A stretch of 64,000 bases of DNA from Escherichia phage vB_EcoM_KAW3E185, in the sequence record MK373782.1. One strand, written 5' to 3'. This document shows, piece by piece, positions 20,882 through 29,466 of the stretch. Within the stretch, counting starts at the first letter, position 1. Every line of letters begins with the position of its first letter. Below the pieces are notes generated by a model. That model saw only the letters and a program-made list of their open reading frames with translations. It ran no database searches and was not told the origin of the DNA. The position numbers and the translations under genes were made by a program.

Positions 20882-22374
20882 TATAAACCTGTCTGGGACC
20901 ACGGTCCAAATACGTCTTCAAACGAATCCGCTTCTGTTTTATCAAAACGGAACCCTTTAATAATTGGGAGGAAAATACCTACAGTGCCTTCACGTCCTTT
21001 AGAATGAACCCAACCATTGCATTCACAATCAGCAATACGTCCAATCAATTTACCTTCACGAGCTTCGGTCATTAATCGTTCACGGTCCAAATCATGTCGC
21101 TCATCTAAAGGAATAAGAACCTTTACACCATCAACTGTTTTATGAGTTGTATCTTTAAACCCTGAACCACAATCGGTTGTAATACGACGACAACGTGATA
21201 CGAGTTCGACACCACCTAATTTGTTAGGGTCTTTAGAGTGTTCATAGTATCCTACAACTTCTAAAGCGATATCAATAACTTCTTTAAACTTAATTAGGTT
21301 CTTAGAGCGTTTGTTTTCCCAATATGAATCACGGTTTTTAAGGATAATACCTTCAAGACCTTGGTCAACATATTTTTTATAAACCACTTTAGCTTCGTCA
21401 AGATTACGAACTAACTGATTTTCAATTGGCTCAATTCGTTTAAAGCCTTCAGCCATATTTTCAAGAGCAGCAAAACGAACATCGTATTTCTGACCTTTAA
21501 TTTTGCCATCAGAATAGACTTCATCTAAAGGAACATAGTCCCAGGCTTGAAGAACCATACCTTCAGCTTCTTTAGGAGAAATAGTCCCTTGAAGAGATTT
21601 ATTTGCTAAACCGTTTGAAGTGCTACGGTCCGCAACTTGTACTTCTTCGGATTCTTCATTATCACCAAATAAGAACGACAGGTCATTTCCTGAGCTCACA
21701 GCCTTTTTAATATCAAATGAATGGTAAACTAATTCACCGTCGATTAAAACCCCATTAGGGTGTCTTTCACGAGCTTCTTTAGTCATTTCCATTAGTTCAT
21801 CCGCTAATAGAGTAAGACCATGATATTCGTTGCCGGCACGAGAAAAGAATTGAACACCATCATCGCGAACTTCAGCGAAACAACGAGCACCATCTGCTTT
21901 TAATTGGGCAAATGCGGGCCATTTAATATTTTTAGTAATCAATTTCTCGTCATATGCAGATGCTAACATCTGTGGTTGCAATTGAATAAGTCCAGGCCAC
22001 ACCTTATTCGCGATAGACACTGAAGCACCTACTTCAAGGTCGCGCATCATTACACGACGAAGGACTTCTACATCATCAGGTTTACCATCAGCGATATAAC
22101 CCATGAGCTCTTTAATTGCAGCATTACCAGTGAGTTTACGAGTGGCTAATGTGAACTCAATAAAATCCAACATGTCATCTAATTCAAGAAGACCATACGC
22201 TTGAGACCTTTCACCTGGTCCTGGCCATTTCTTAATATAATACTGGATACCACGTGCATATGTTAAACGATACACACGTTCAAGTAATTTGTTGTCCTTA
22301 TTTTTCTTAAGGATTTCCTGTTTTGTTTTAGTAGAACCGATCGCAGCTATTTGGTTTAAAATATCTAAAATCAT
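20881..22374 (-). CDS. 30: ATP-dependent DNA ligase gp30
   Basis: 497 aa, strong identity to T4 DNA ligase (MILDILNQIAAIGSTKTKQEIL…, KADGAR adenylation motif). Confidence 0.95.
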   Translation of the reverse strand: MILDILNQIAAIGSTKTKQEILKKNKDNKLLERVYRLTYARGIQYYIKKWPGPGERSQAYGLLELDDMLDFIEFTLATRKLTGNAAIKELMGYIADGKPDDVEVLRRVMMRDLEVGASVSIANKVWPGLIQLQPQMLASAYDEKLITKNIKWPAFAQLKADGARCFAEVRDDGVQFFSRAGNEYHGLTLLADELMEMTKEARERHPNGVLIDGELVYHSFDIKKAVSSGNDLSFLFGDNEESEEVQVADRSTSNGLANKSLQGTISPKEAEGMVLQAWDYVPLDEVYSDGKIKGQKYDVRFAALENMAEGFKRIEPIENQLVRNLDEAKVVYKKYVDQGLEGIILKNRDSYWENKRSKNLIKFKEVIDIALEVVGYYEHSKDPNKLGGVELVSRCRRITTDCGSGFKDTTHKTVDGVKVLIPLDERHDLDRERLMTEAREGKLIGRIADCECNGWVHSKGREGTVGIFLPIIKGFRFDKTEADSFEDVFGPWSQTGL

Positions 22375-22640
22375 TTGATGTCCTCGATTTTGGTTACGGT
22401 TCTATTATAAGCCACTTCATCTAGAAGCGATTTCAGCGTTTTCTGATAAGTTGTAATCCATTTACCGAGTCCTTCAACATAGTATTCTGAAATGTAGATG
22501 AACCCTTGTTCAACACACTCTTTAAATATTTCTGCGTCTTTTACTGAACGAAACAATGGCCAGTCTCGAAAGAACATGTTAACGTGACCGTAGTCACGTG
22601 TGGTATTTTTGCCATCTGTAATATCATGAACTACAAACAT
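22371..22640 (-). CDS. Hypothetical protein (30.1-like)
   Basis: 89-aa ORF, 4-nt overlap with ligase start. Confidence 0.5.
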   Translation of the reverse strand: MFVVHDITDGKNTTRDYGHVNMFFRDWPLFRSVKDAEIFKECVEQGFIYISEYYVEGLGKWITTYQKTLKSLLDEVAYNRTVTKIEDIK

Positions 22641-22649
22641 AATTAACCC

Positions 22650-23474
22650 TTAACAATTTATAGACCAAGTCCATTTAGACGAATCTAAAGGAAAGTTTTG
22701 AATCGTCCACCACGGCTGCATATCAGTTGGTCCTGGGGTTCGCCAGGTATATGGAGTACGTGTTGTCGAGGGGCCACCAATTTGATTAGGCCATGCACCT
22801 GGACTTGTTGCACCAGATTCTTTAAGCAAATCCGCCAATCGTTTTAAAAGGTCTTCACGATCTGAATCTGAATTATTCTTAGGCAGAACCAAACGAGATT
22901 CAATATCATCCCACGTGTGTACACGTTGTGCAGTACGAGGAATGGCATCACGTTCACCACGAGCCAACCAATAAATCGGTACATTAAGAATTTCTGCCGC
23001 ATGGTCACAATGATGAGCTAAATCGTCAACGTAACAAATTACGTTATATTTTGTTTTAGCTAGTTCGAATAATTGTTCCTTTGAAGAATCATGACCACAC
23101 ATCATTACTTCAGAGAAAGCGCCTGGGAACAAAGCATTCAAATTAAATTGTCTATTCAATCGAGCATCAATTGAATCACCTAGCGCCGTCACGGCTACAA
23201 AATTATAGTCTTCTTTTAGTTTATTGATAACTCGAAGAGCATCAGAATAAGGCGCTAAGTAACGAATAAAATCAGAGCTATTATATTTTTCTATTAATTG
23301 TTTACCAAGGTTATCGTCGGTATTGAACAGTTTACCAGGAGAAATAAATTTTTCGTCCTGAATCATTTTTAAAATATGTTCTAATGGAAGGTTATATTTT
23401 TGGGCAAAATAAGGAAGTCCAGATTGCCAGCTTAAACATACACCATCAATATCAGTCAAAATAGTAGGCTTCAT
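22650..23474 (-). CDS. HAD-superfamily hydrolase-like protein (30.2-like)
   Basis: N-terminal DxDGV motif (LTDIDGVCL) typical of HAD phosphatases. Confidence 0.6.
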   Translation of the reverse strand: MKPTILTDIDGVCLSWQSGLPYFAQKYNLPLEHILKMIQDEKFISPGKLFNTDDNLGKQLIEKYNSSDFIRYLAPYSDALRVINKLKEDYNFVAVTALGDSIDARLNRQFNLNALFPGAFSEVMMCGHDSSKEQLFELAKTKYNVICYVDDLAHHCDHAAEILNVPIYWLARGERDAIPRTAQRVHTWDDIESRLVLPKNNSDSDREDLLKRLADLLKESGATSPGAWPNQIGGPSTTRTPYTWRTPGPTDMQPWWTIQNFPLDSSKWTWSINC

Positions 23475-23938
23475 AAAGAGTCTCTTAATAGGTTTAACAC
23501 GTCAATAAATTCATCTTCAGTTAGTATTGTATCATCTTTTGTTAGGTGGCTGGCCATGCTGTGCTTCAAAATTTTTCCTTTAGAGGCTTGTAAGGCATCA
23601 CGAAACCCCTTGTTTTGGATCGCGGCTTCAAAATATGCATTTGTGTATAATTCTTTCCACGCTTCAGAGTATCTTGAAAATGGAACTCCTAACCAGAAGA
23701 GAGTCCCACGGTCCTGAGCTCTTGCATAAGACCTTCCAGCTTGCTGTGCAGCCAATCCAGACAACCCAAATATACGTCTTTGTTGTTCAACATTTTTCAC
23801 CTTACATCCTTGGAGAAATCCTTCAAGACCTCCGAATTGAATACCATCCATAACAAAAGGCCATTGAGCAAAGTTACTTAATGCACATGACGGCCATTTG
23901 AAATTACTTCTTATTTCTAATTCAGACATCTTTAACAC
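23471..23938 (-). CDS. NADAR / YbiA-family (DUF1768) protein (30.3-like)
   Basis: LSNFAQWPFVMDGIQF…EGFLQGCK resembles E. coli YbiA FSNFAAWPIKVDGKTW…EHYFQAQK. Confidence 0.65.
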   Translation of the reverse strand: MLKMSELEIRSNFKWPSCALSNFAQWPFVMDGIQFGGLEGFLQGCKVKNVEQQRRIFGLSGLAAQQAGRSYARAQDRGTLFWLGVPFSRYSEAWKELYTNAYFEAAIQNKGFRDALQASKGKILKHSMASHLTKDDTILTEDEFIDVLNLLRDSL

Positions 23939-24140
23939 TTATAATTTCAACATCAGCCCAATGTCCGTATCCAGGTATACGGTCTTCGATAGATAAATTT
24001 CTGTCATTTTTAGGCATTTTAATTGACGTAACGTATGGTTCTAAACGGTTTTCCGCGTAATATGGAAAAACGTCAGTTACACGATAAGTAACTTCAATCA
24101 TTTCCGTACCAAACAATTTCTGGATTAATTTATTCAACAT
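23922..24140 (-). CDS. Hypothetical small protein
   Basis: 72-aa ORF in a tightly packed minus-strand operon. Confidence 0.4.
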   Translation of the reverse strand: MLNKLIQKLFGTEMIEVTYRVTDVFPYYAENRLEPYVTSIKMPKNDRNLSIEDRIPGYGHWADVEIISVKDV

Positions 24141-24327
24141 GTTTCAACCCTTTAATAGGAGATAACTCTTTACCCATACGTATGTCAGAAGTCCCATCAA
24201 CCCATTGAACAGCATACGCTTCATTGATAATTCCAGCGGCAGTTTTAAATTCTTTGAGAACTTTAAAAATCATCCCAGGGATTCCAACACCTTTTAATTG
24301 GACTGTTTGTGCTATTAAAAATTTCAT
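24130..24327 (-). CDS. Hypothetical small protein
   Basis: 65-aa ORF in operon context. Confidence 0.4.
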   Translation of the reverse strand: MKFLIAQTVQLKGVGIPGMIFKVLKEFKTAAGIINEAYAVQWVDGTSDIRMGKELSPIKGLKHVE

Positions 24328-24381
24328 ATTTTTCCACTTACTAAAGAAATCATTATACTCTAATCCGTCCTTGGATGTACA

Positions 24382-24996
24382 CTACTTAATGAAATTAATT
24401 TCTACCGGATGAACAACAGGTTGAGCAGTGATATATTGAGTAATTGCTTTCATGACTAGAGCTTCAGAACCAGGATTTTTCTCAACGAATTCACGTGCTA
24501 GGTTATGAGCTTCGAGTTCACTCAATAAACCGGAACGCTGGCATCCACGGTCTTGAGTACCCTGTTCAGATAAAAGGACTACTACATATTTTTCATCGTC
24601 GTAGGGCTTAGCCAGTTGAGCAAATGTTCCTTTACTTCCAAAAGGAGAGTTATGTCGCCACATCACGCCGTGAGGAGTTTCAACCTTCGTATATTCGTGC
24701 GGTCCATTTTTCTTAGTTTCTTGATGTGGAACTTCATAGACCTTAGGGTTAGGACATTCAATAAAATGCTCATCTAAATCGGTCGAGAATATTAAAGTAA
24801 AACAATTACTGAATTTACCAACACCGGCCTGATAAATTTTACCTTCAGAAGTTCTAATTTCACAAACTGAGCCGGCATCAGTAACTTCTAAAACTTCAAA
24901 AGGCTCAATAAGGTCATATGAGAACATGTTTTTAAGGCGTGGAGTAATATCCCCATTTTTAAAATTCATTTTATAAAAAGTATTAACTTTAAACAT
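24382..24996 (-). CDS. Hypothetical protein (30.x cluster)
   Basis: Start placed at ATG (MFKVNTFYK) preceded by GAGG; the ORF-track start at 25026 is a TTG inside a hairpin. Confidence 0.55.
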   Translation of the reverse strand: MFKVNTFYKMNFKNGDITPRLKNMFSYDLIEPFEVLEVTDAGSVCEIRTSEGKIYQAGVGKFSNCFTLIFSTDLDEHFIECPNPKVYEVPHQETKKNGPHEYTKVETPHGVMWRHNSPFGSKGTFAQLAKPYDDEKYVVVLLSEQGTQDRGCQRSGLLSELEAHNLAREFVEKNPGSEALVMKAITQYITAQPVVHPVEINFIK

Positions 24997-25031
24997 AATT
25001 TCCTCAGTGGGAGCCGAAGCTCCCAATTAAT

Positions 25032-25397
25032 TTAGATATCAAATTCGTTAAGAACTACATCAAAGATTGCTTCGAGATGTTCAGGTTTAGCTCGGTTACT
25101 CAGGATATGACGAATCCAAGTTTTAACCAGAAGTTTACGATTAACACCATTCCAGCAAGGATGAGTACCTAAATCACGCTGACGGAAATCATCATCTAAT
25201 GCAATTTTAAAATTTGAACCTTCCATCGTGATTGAAACCGTGATACCATTTTCAAATCGCATATAAACGTAATTAGGAGTCATGCACTGTTCGATTTCAC
25301 AAACTGTACCGTTTTCGTGTTTCCATAAGCAAATAACTTCAGAAGAACCAGCAATACCGTTAGAAACATATTTACGTTCGAAGTTGGTGTAGTTCAT
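25032..25397 (-). CDS. Hypothetical protein (30.x cluster)
   Basis: 121-aa ORF with its own early promoter. Confidence 0.5.
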   Translation of the reverse strand: MNYTNFERKYVSNGIAGSSEVICLWKHENGTVCEIEQCMTPNYVYMRFENGITVSITMEGSNFKIALDDDFRQRDLGTHPCWNGVNRKLLVKTWIRHILSNRAKPEHLEAIFDVVLNEFDI

Positions 25398-25438
25398 TTT
25401 ATTCTCCAGATGTTTAAGTTGTTTGTTGGTACAGGTCT

Positions 25439-25467
25439 ATAATAACATAACCTGTACCAAAGTAAAC
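25439..25467 (-). promoter_or_regulatory. Early promoter (GTTTAC-17-TATTAT)
   Basis: Consensus early promoter; −10 embedded in an 11-bp inverted repeat. Confidence 0.55.
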
Positions 25468-25471
25468 TGTT

Positions 25472-25840
25472 TTATGCAACTTTAATCCAATTGTCTAAAT
25501 TTAAAACACCTTTGGCTTTCATTTTTTCGATCAGGTTATCTGCTGTAATGCGTCCATTTTGATACCATGTAACATCTTCAGAGTAACCAGTTTCTTCGTC
25601 AACATATGTTTCTGAACGAATTTTACCGGTAATAATAGTTTTTAATTCATATGTGTCACCTGTGAAAAAGTTTGCTAACACAATTTTCCAAGAGAAATCA
25701 TCTGAAGGACCTTCAGGGGTCATACAACCTACGAACTCAAATTGCTCTTTGTATAACATCCACTGGAATTCTTTAATTTCGATAGCTTTATAACCGTCGT
25801 GGTCTTTACATTTGATGTATGAGTTCAGATTGATTTTCAT
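25472..25840 (-). CDS. Hypothetical protein (30.x cluster)
   Basis: 122-aa ORF. Confidence 0.5.
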   Translation of the reverse strand: MKINLNSYIKCKDHDGYKAIEIKEFQWMLYKEQFEFVGCMTPEGPSDDFSWKIVLANFFTGDTYELKTIITGKIRSETYVDEETGYSEDVTWYQNGRITADNLIEKMKAKGVLNLDNWIKVA

Positions 25841-25882
25841 TTTGTTCTCCGGTTTGTTTTATCGATTAGGTGGTACAAGTCT

Positions 25883-25911
25883 ATAGTAACACATCCTACA
25901 GGAGAGTAAAC
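25883..25911 (-). promoter_or_regulatory. Early promoter (GTTTAC-17-TACTAT)
   Basis: Consensus match upstream of ORF 25472-25840. Confidence 0.55.
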
Positions 25912-25935
25912 ATCTTTTTTAAACTTTTTCTGCCC

Positions 25936-25966
25936 TAAACGCACAAAAGGGAGACCGAAGTCTCCC
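25936..25966 (-). terminator. CUUCGG tetraloop terminator hairpin
   Basis: gggagac-cgaa-gtctccc; minus transcript has a UUCG loop followed by UUUUGUGCGUUU. Confidence 0.55.
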
Positions 25967-25971
25967 TAAAA

Positions 25972-26151
25972 TTATGCAACAACCTTTCCAAAACGAGAAG
26001 CATCATCTCGAAGAACTGCACGTGCTCTGCGCATGATCTTCTCAACTGTTTGATTAATACGAGAGTTCGACCCACGCTTGTATCCAGCGCGTTTAGAGGT
26101 ACCATCAACTTTCTTTTCAACTGCTTTCTTTGCTTTAGCTTGTTTTGCCAT
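25972..26151 (-). CDS. Small basic hypothetical protein (59 aa)
   Basis: Hand-translated MAKQAKAKKAVEKKVDGTSKRAGYKRGSNSRINQTVEKIMRRARAVLRDDASRFGKVVA; SD AAAGAG upstream; not on the ORF track (a different frame was listed). Confidence 0.4.
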   Translation of the reverse strand: MAKQAKAKKAVEKKVDGTSKRAGYKRGSNSRINQTVEKIMRRARAVLRDDASRFGKVVA

Positions 26152-26307
26152 TATAAATTCTCTTTAAATGAAAATGCAGGACTTATTGACATTGCCTGCG
26201 CAAGCCCTCAAGGGGAACATAGGTTTTGGATATTTAACGACAGGATAACCATAAACCCGTCATCATACCAACCACGACTTAGACAGATAACCTTTTTCTG
26301 ACGCGTG

Positions 26308-26336
26308 ATAGTACAAAATACATTCAAGAGGTAAAC
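26308..26336 (-). promoter_or_regulatory. Early promoter (GTTTAC-17-TACTAT) about 150 nt upstream of the small basic ORF
   Basis: Consensus match within the 263-nt intergenic region downstream of rIII. Confidence 0.45.
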
Positions 26337-26414
26337 CGTAAAACTGCCGGGGACTTAAAACTATAATGATTCGCAAATCATTAATCAGACAGTTCGACGG
26401 CTCCTCGATTTAAC

Positions 26415-26663
26415 TTACTTTAGGGTAATAACAAAATGACGTACTGCTTTACGAGCTGCAGAAGCCAAAGGCTTAGCATATTTCAGTTCATCTTTTGCTT
26501 CCAGTTCAGAGGCCAAAGCTGCCTGGACCGGGTTCAGATGTTTGAAATATCGCAGGATTTCAAGAGCTTCGGCTTCAACATCGATAGATGCGCCATAGTT
26601 TTCGTGACCATTATTCCATGCGTTACGTTGCAGTTCAAGAGCGTGTTGTAATTGTTTAATCAT
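26415..26663 (-). CDS. rIII: rIII lysis-inhibition accessory protein
   Basis: 82 aa, T4 rIII size and position next to gene 31. Confidence 0.8.
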   Translation of the reverse strand: MIKQLQHALELQRNAWNNGHENYGASIDVEAEALEILRYFKHLNPVQAALASELEAKDELKYAKPLASAARKAVRHFVITLK

Positions 26664-26779
26664 TTTAAATTCTCAATTCGAGATAATATTTAGTAGCCAC
26701 GTTCGACTGAATTTCACCTTCTTTCGACAGGTCTCTCAGTTGTAGGCTACCGCTTAGAAGAGTGTTCTCTTCATATAGT

Positions 26780-26787
26780 TATTTATA
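26780..26787 (-). promoter_or_regulatory. Late promoter (TATAAATA on minus strand) upstream of rIII
   Basis: Plus strand tatttata immediately 3' of the gene 31 stop. Confidence 0.45.
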
Positions 26788-27120
26788 TCACTTATAAAGA
26801 CACGGAATAGCTTTATAATGGCATGTTACGAATTTCTGTTTAATTTCTTTAGGTTGTTTAAGTCCCAAAGCCACAAATGGATGTGGAACATTTCGAATTT
26901 GTCCAACTGGTAGTGGAGTCAAATCACCGACTTCAACAAAACCTTCAGGAACATCAGGACCTACAGAATGAACTACACATAGTTCAGGAACTTCACCTTG
27001 AACACGTTTACCAATCACAAGTCCTGATTCGGTAACTTCTTCATCACCTGCTTGAGCGGGTTCAGAAACCAGAATGACATATTCACCAACAGCACGAATT
27101 GGGAGTTGTACTTCAGACAT
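26788..27120 (-). CDS. 31: Co-chaperonin gp31 (GroES-like)
   Basis: 110 aa, T4 gp31. Confidence 0.9.
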   Translation of the reverse strand: MSEVQLPIRAVGEYVILVSEPAQAGDEEVTESGLVIGKRVQGEVPELCVVHSVGPDVPEGFVEVGDLTPLPVGQIRNVPHPFVALGLKQPKEIKQKFVTCHYKAIPCLYK

Positions 27121-27150
27121 CTTATTTCCTTGTTGTTTGACGATAGATTA

Positions 27151-27176
27151 ATAATACCATACTATTCGTAAAGCAT
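27151..27176 (-). promoter_or_regulatory. Putative middle promoter for gene 31
   Basis: Minus strand TGCTTTA (MotA box) - 13 nt - TATTAT. Confidence 0.4.
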
Positions 27177-27177
27177 A

Positions 27178-27486
27178 TTACATAAGAAGCAAACGTTCTA
27201 CCGGAGTACCATCAACCGAAATTACTTTATCAAGGCGGAAAGAACGCCACTGACCTAACTTGGTATCGAATGCTCGAACTGATTCACGAGGTTCAGAACG
27301 AACTTCTGATGCCGGATTGTTATTTTCATATTTGACTTCAAGTTCATCGCGAGAAGCAAACATAGTGCGTACCTCACCGTTAGCCTTTTCAAATACAATA
27401 CAATGAACGCCTACAGACAGAATAGTTTTAATACGTTCACGAAGAACCATAGTTTCTTTTTCAGTTAAAATCATATTATTCACCAC
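27178..27486 (-). CDS. Hypothetical protein (31.1-like)
   Basis: 102-aa ORF between cd and 31. Confidence 0.5.
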   Translation of the reverse strand: MVNNMILTEKETMVLRERIKTILSVGVHCIVFEKANGEVRTMFASRDELEVKYENNNPASEVRSEPRESVRAFDTKLGQWRSFRLDKVISVDGTPVERLLLM

Positions 27487-28057
27487 AAAAGTTTCGGATT
27501 TGTTCCCAATTCAGAGAACGAAGATTATTACGAGAGTACTGAATTACTTCAATACCGGCTTGTTTTAGAATGTCTGCCCAATTTTCAGGAGATCTGTCAT
27601 ATAATTCTGCGTATACAACCTTTTTAATACCTGACTGTGTAATAGCTTTAGTGCAATCAGGACATGGAGAAAGCGTCGTATATAATGTAGCACCTTCAAT
27701 AGAATTACCTTTACGAGCTGCAAACAAAATTGCATTCAATTCAGCATGGATTTCGTTATTAGCAGACCATGCACTATGAGCGGCCCGATGTTCTTTAGCC
27801 AAAACAAAATTATCTGCCCGTCCAAATGCTGTAGTGCCTTCTTTATGCCCAGCAACGATGACCGGGCTTGGTTTATTCTTCAACCAACCGTTTTCGGATG
27901 CATGTTCGCAACAGTTTGTACCACCTGAAGGAGAGCCATTATAACCTGTAGAAATAATGCGTCCATCTTTTTCAATGACGGCGCCAACTTTCCATGAACA
28001 ACATTTTGATTCTTGAGAAATCAGATATGCAATCTGAAGGTATGTGCTAGCTTTCAT
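27476..28057 (-). CDS. cd: dCMP deaminase
   Basis: 193 aa; zinc-binding deaminase motifs HAELNAI and SPCPDC. Confidence 0.95.
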   Translation of the reverse strand: MKASTYLQIAYLISQESKCCSWKVGAVIEKDGRIISTGYNGSPSGGTNCCEHASENGWLKNKPSPVIVAGHKEGTTAFGRADNFVLAKEHRAAHSAWSANNEIHAELNAILFAARKGNSIEGATLYTTLSPCPDCTKAITQSGIKKVVYAELYDRSPENWADILKQAGIEVIQYSRNNLRSLNWEQIRNFCGE

Positions 28058-29049
28058 TATTGAACCTTATTAATATAAGTTAACAGCTCTTTAGTTTGTT
28101 CCCAACTGATGCACGCATCGGTAACGGAAACGCCATAGGACATATTATCAGAAATTTTTTGATTTCCTTCATGTAGGAACGATTCTATCATAATTCCTTT
28201 GACCAAATCATTAGCTGCTAAATTTTTACCAATACCAATTTGATTGCTATAATGCCCATCAGCGTTTGCATGGCTACAGTCAACCATTACATAATGATTC
28301 AGACCTACTGCCCTTGCTTTGTTAGAAGCTTCTTGAATATCAGAAGAATGATAGTTCGGGCCGTTGGTCCCGCCACGCAATACGATATGCGTATTCTGAT
28401 TACCTTCAGCTTCAACAATGCCTACAGTACCATCGACGTCCATACCCATATACCGATGAGGCCAGGCGGCACTATACATCGCGTCTGTAGCTACTTTAAT
28501 AGAACCATTGGTTGCGTTCTTGAAGCCTACGCACATCGGTAGACCTGAAGCAATTTCACGATGTGTCTGACTTTCAGTCGTACGGGCGCCAATAGCAACC
28601 CATGAGAAAATACCAGAAAGATACTTAATCGTGAATGGGTCTAATACTTCAGTTGCTAATGGAAGTCCCATACGTAGAAGTTTACGACACAATGTTCGTG
28701 CAACTATAAGACCGTGGTTCATATCAAAACTTCCGTCAAGATATGGATCATTTACAAGACCTTTCCAACCTACGGTAGTTCGAGGCTTTTCAAAATAAAC
28801 GCGCATCACTAACAGAACATTAGGAAGACGAGTTTGAAGTTCAGCCAGACGTTTGCCGTATTCAACAGCAGCAATAGGGTCATGAATTGAACAAGGACCT
28901 ACAACAATAAGTTTGCGTGGGTCTTCACCATTCATAATCGAATTAACTTGTTCGCGATGAGAAGCCACTTGTGATGCGTAAGCTTCCGACAAAGGAATAA
29001 TCTCAGCCAGTTCTTTTGGAGAAATAAGTTTTCCGACGACAGGTAACAT
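28057..29049 (-). CDS. 3-deoxy-D-arabino-heptulosonate-7-phosphate (DAHP) synthase, class I (AroG/F/H-like)
   Basis: 330 aa; conserved AroG blocks GPCSIHD, KPRTTVGWKGLVNDP, IGARTTESQTHRE, DCSHANA, ESFLHEGNQ, VTDACISWE. Confidence 0.9.
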   Translation of the reverse strand: MLPVVGKLISPKELAEIIPLSEAYASQVASHREQVNSIMNGEDPRKLIVVGPCSIHDPIAAVEYGKRLAELQTRLPNVLLVMRVYFEKPRTTVGWKGLVNDPYLDGSFDMNHGLIVARTLCRKLLRMGLPLATEVLDPFTIKYLSGIFSWVAIGARTTESQTHREIASGLPMCVGFKNATNGSIKVATDAMYSAAWPHRYMGMDVDGTVGIVEAEGNQNTHIVLRGGTNGPNYHSSDIQEASNKARAVGLNHYVMVDCSHANADGHYSNQIGIGKNLAANDLVKGIMIESFLHEGNQKISDNMSYGVSVTDACISWEQTKELLTYINKVQ

Positions 29050-29169
29050 AACAATCCTTAGGAGATATAAACAGATTCTGATTCAACAATACCTTTAACC
29101 GGATTAGACAGGCTAAGTTGGTAGTGCTCAGATTTATGACCATTCTCGATAGTAATGAGATAGCTCTCA

Positions 29170-29406
29170 TTATAGTGTTCCATATACTCGAGTTGCTTCA
29201 ACAAGACCATCACTGCATAATTTAAGATTAGTAATTTGGTCACCATCTTTAGGATTAACGATTATGAGAAAAGAACGTGGAGATTCTTGAATAACTCGTA
29301 ATGTTGCATCTTGGAAACGTTCAGACACTTTATTGATGAGTGCTTGAGCAAATTCTTTTACTTTAATCTGAAATTCGTGTACTGTAATTGGGTTTTCACT
29401 TAGCAT
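29170..29406 (-). CDS. Hypothetical protein (cd.x-like)
   Basis: 78-aa ORF with early promoter upstream. Confidence 0.4.
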   Translation of the reverse strand: MLSENPITVHEFQIKVKEFAQALINKVSERFQDATLRVIQESPRSFLIIVNPKDGDQITNLKLCSDGLVEATRVYGTL

Positions 29407-29434
29407 TTCTATTTCCTCATTTGTTGGTAGAGTT

Positions 29435-29464
29435 ATAGTATCACAACTCCACCATGTTGTAAAC
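29435..29464 (-). promoter_or_regulatory. Early promoter (GTTTAC-18-TACTAT)
   Basis: Consensus match. Confidence 0.5.
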
Positions 29465-29466
29465 CA

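Noticed and set aside
24996-25026. ORF-track start (TTG, translated as M) extending ORF 24382 to 25026
   Set aside because: Extension starts inside the gggagc-cgaa-gctccc hairpin and lacks an RBS; the ATG at 24996 preceded by GAGG is preferred.
26362-26367. TATAAT hexamer on the plus strand downstream of rIII
   Set aside because: No −35 partner or plus-strand gene to drive; the region is transcribed on the minus strand. Likely chance AT-rich sequence.
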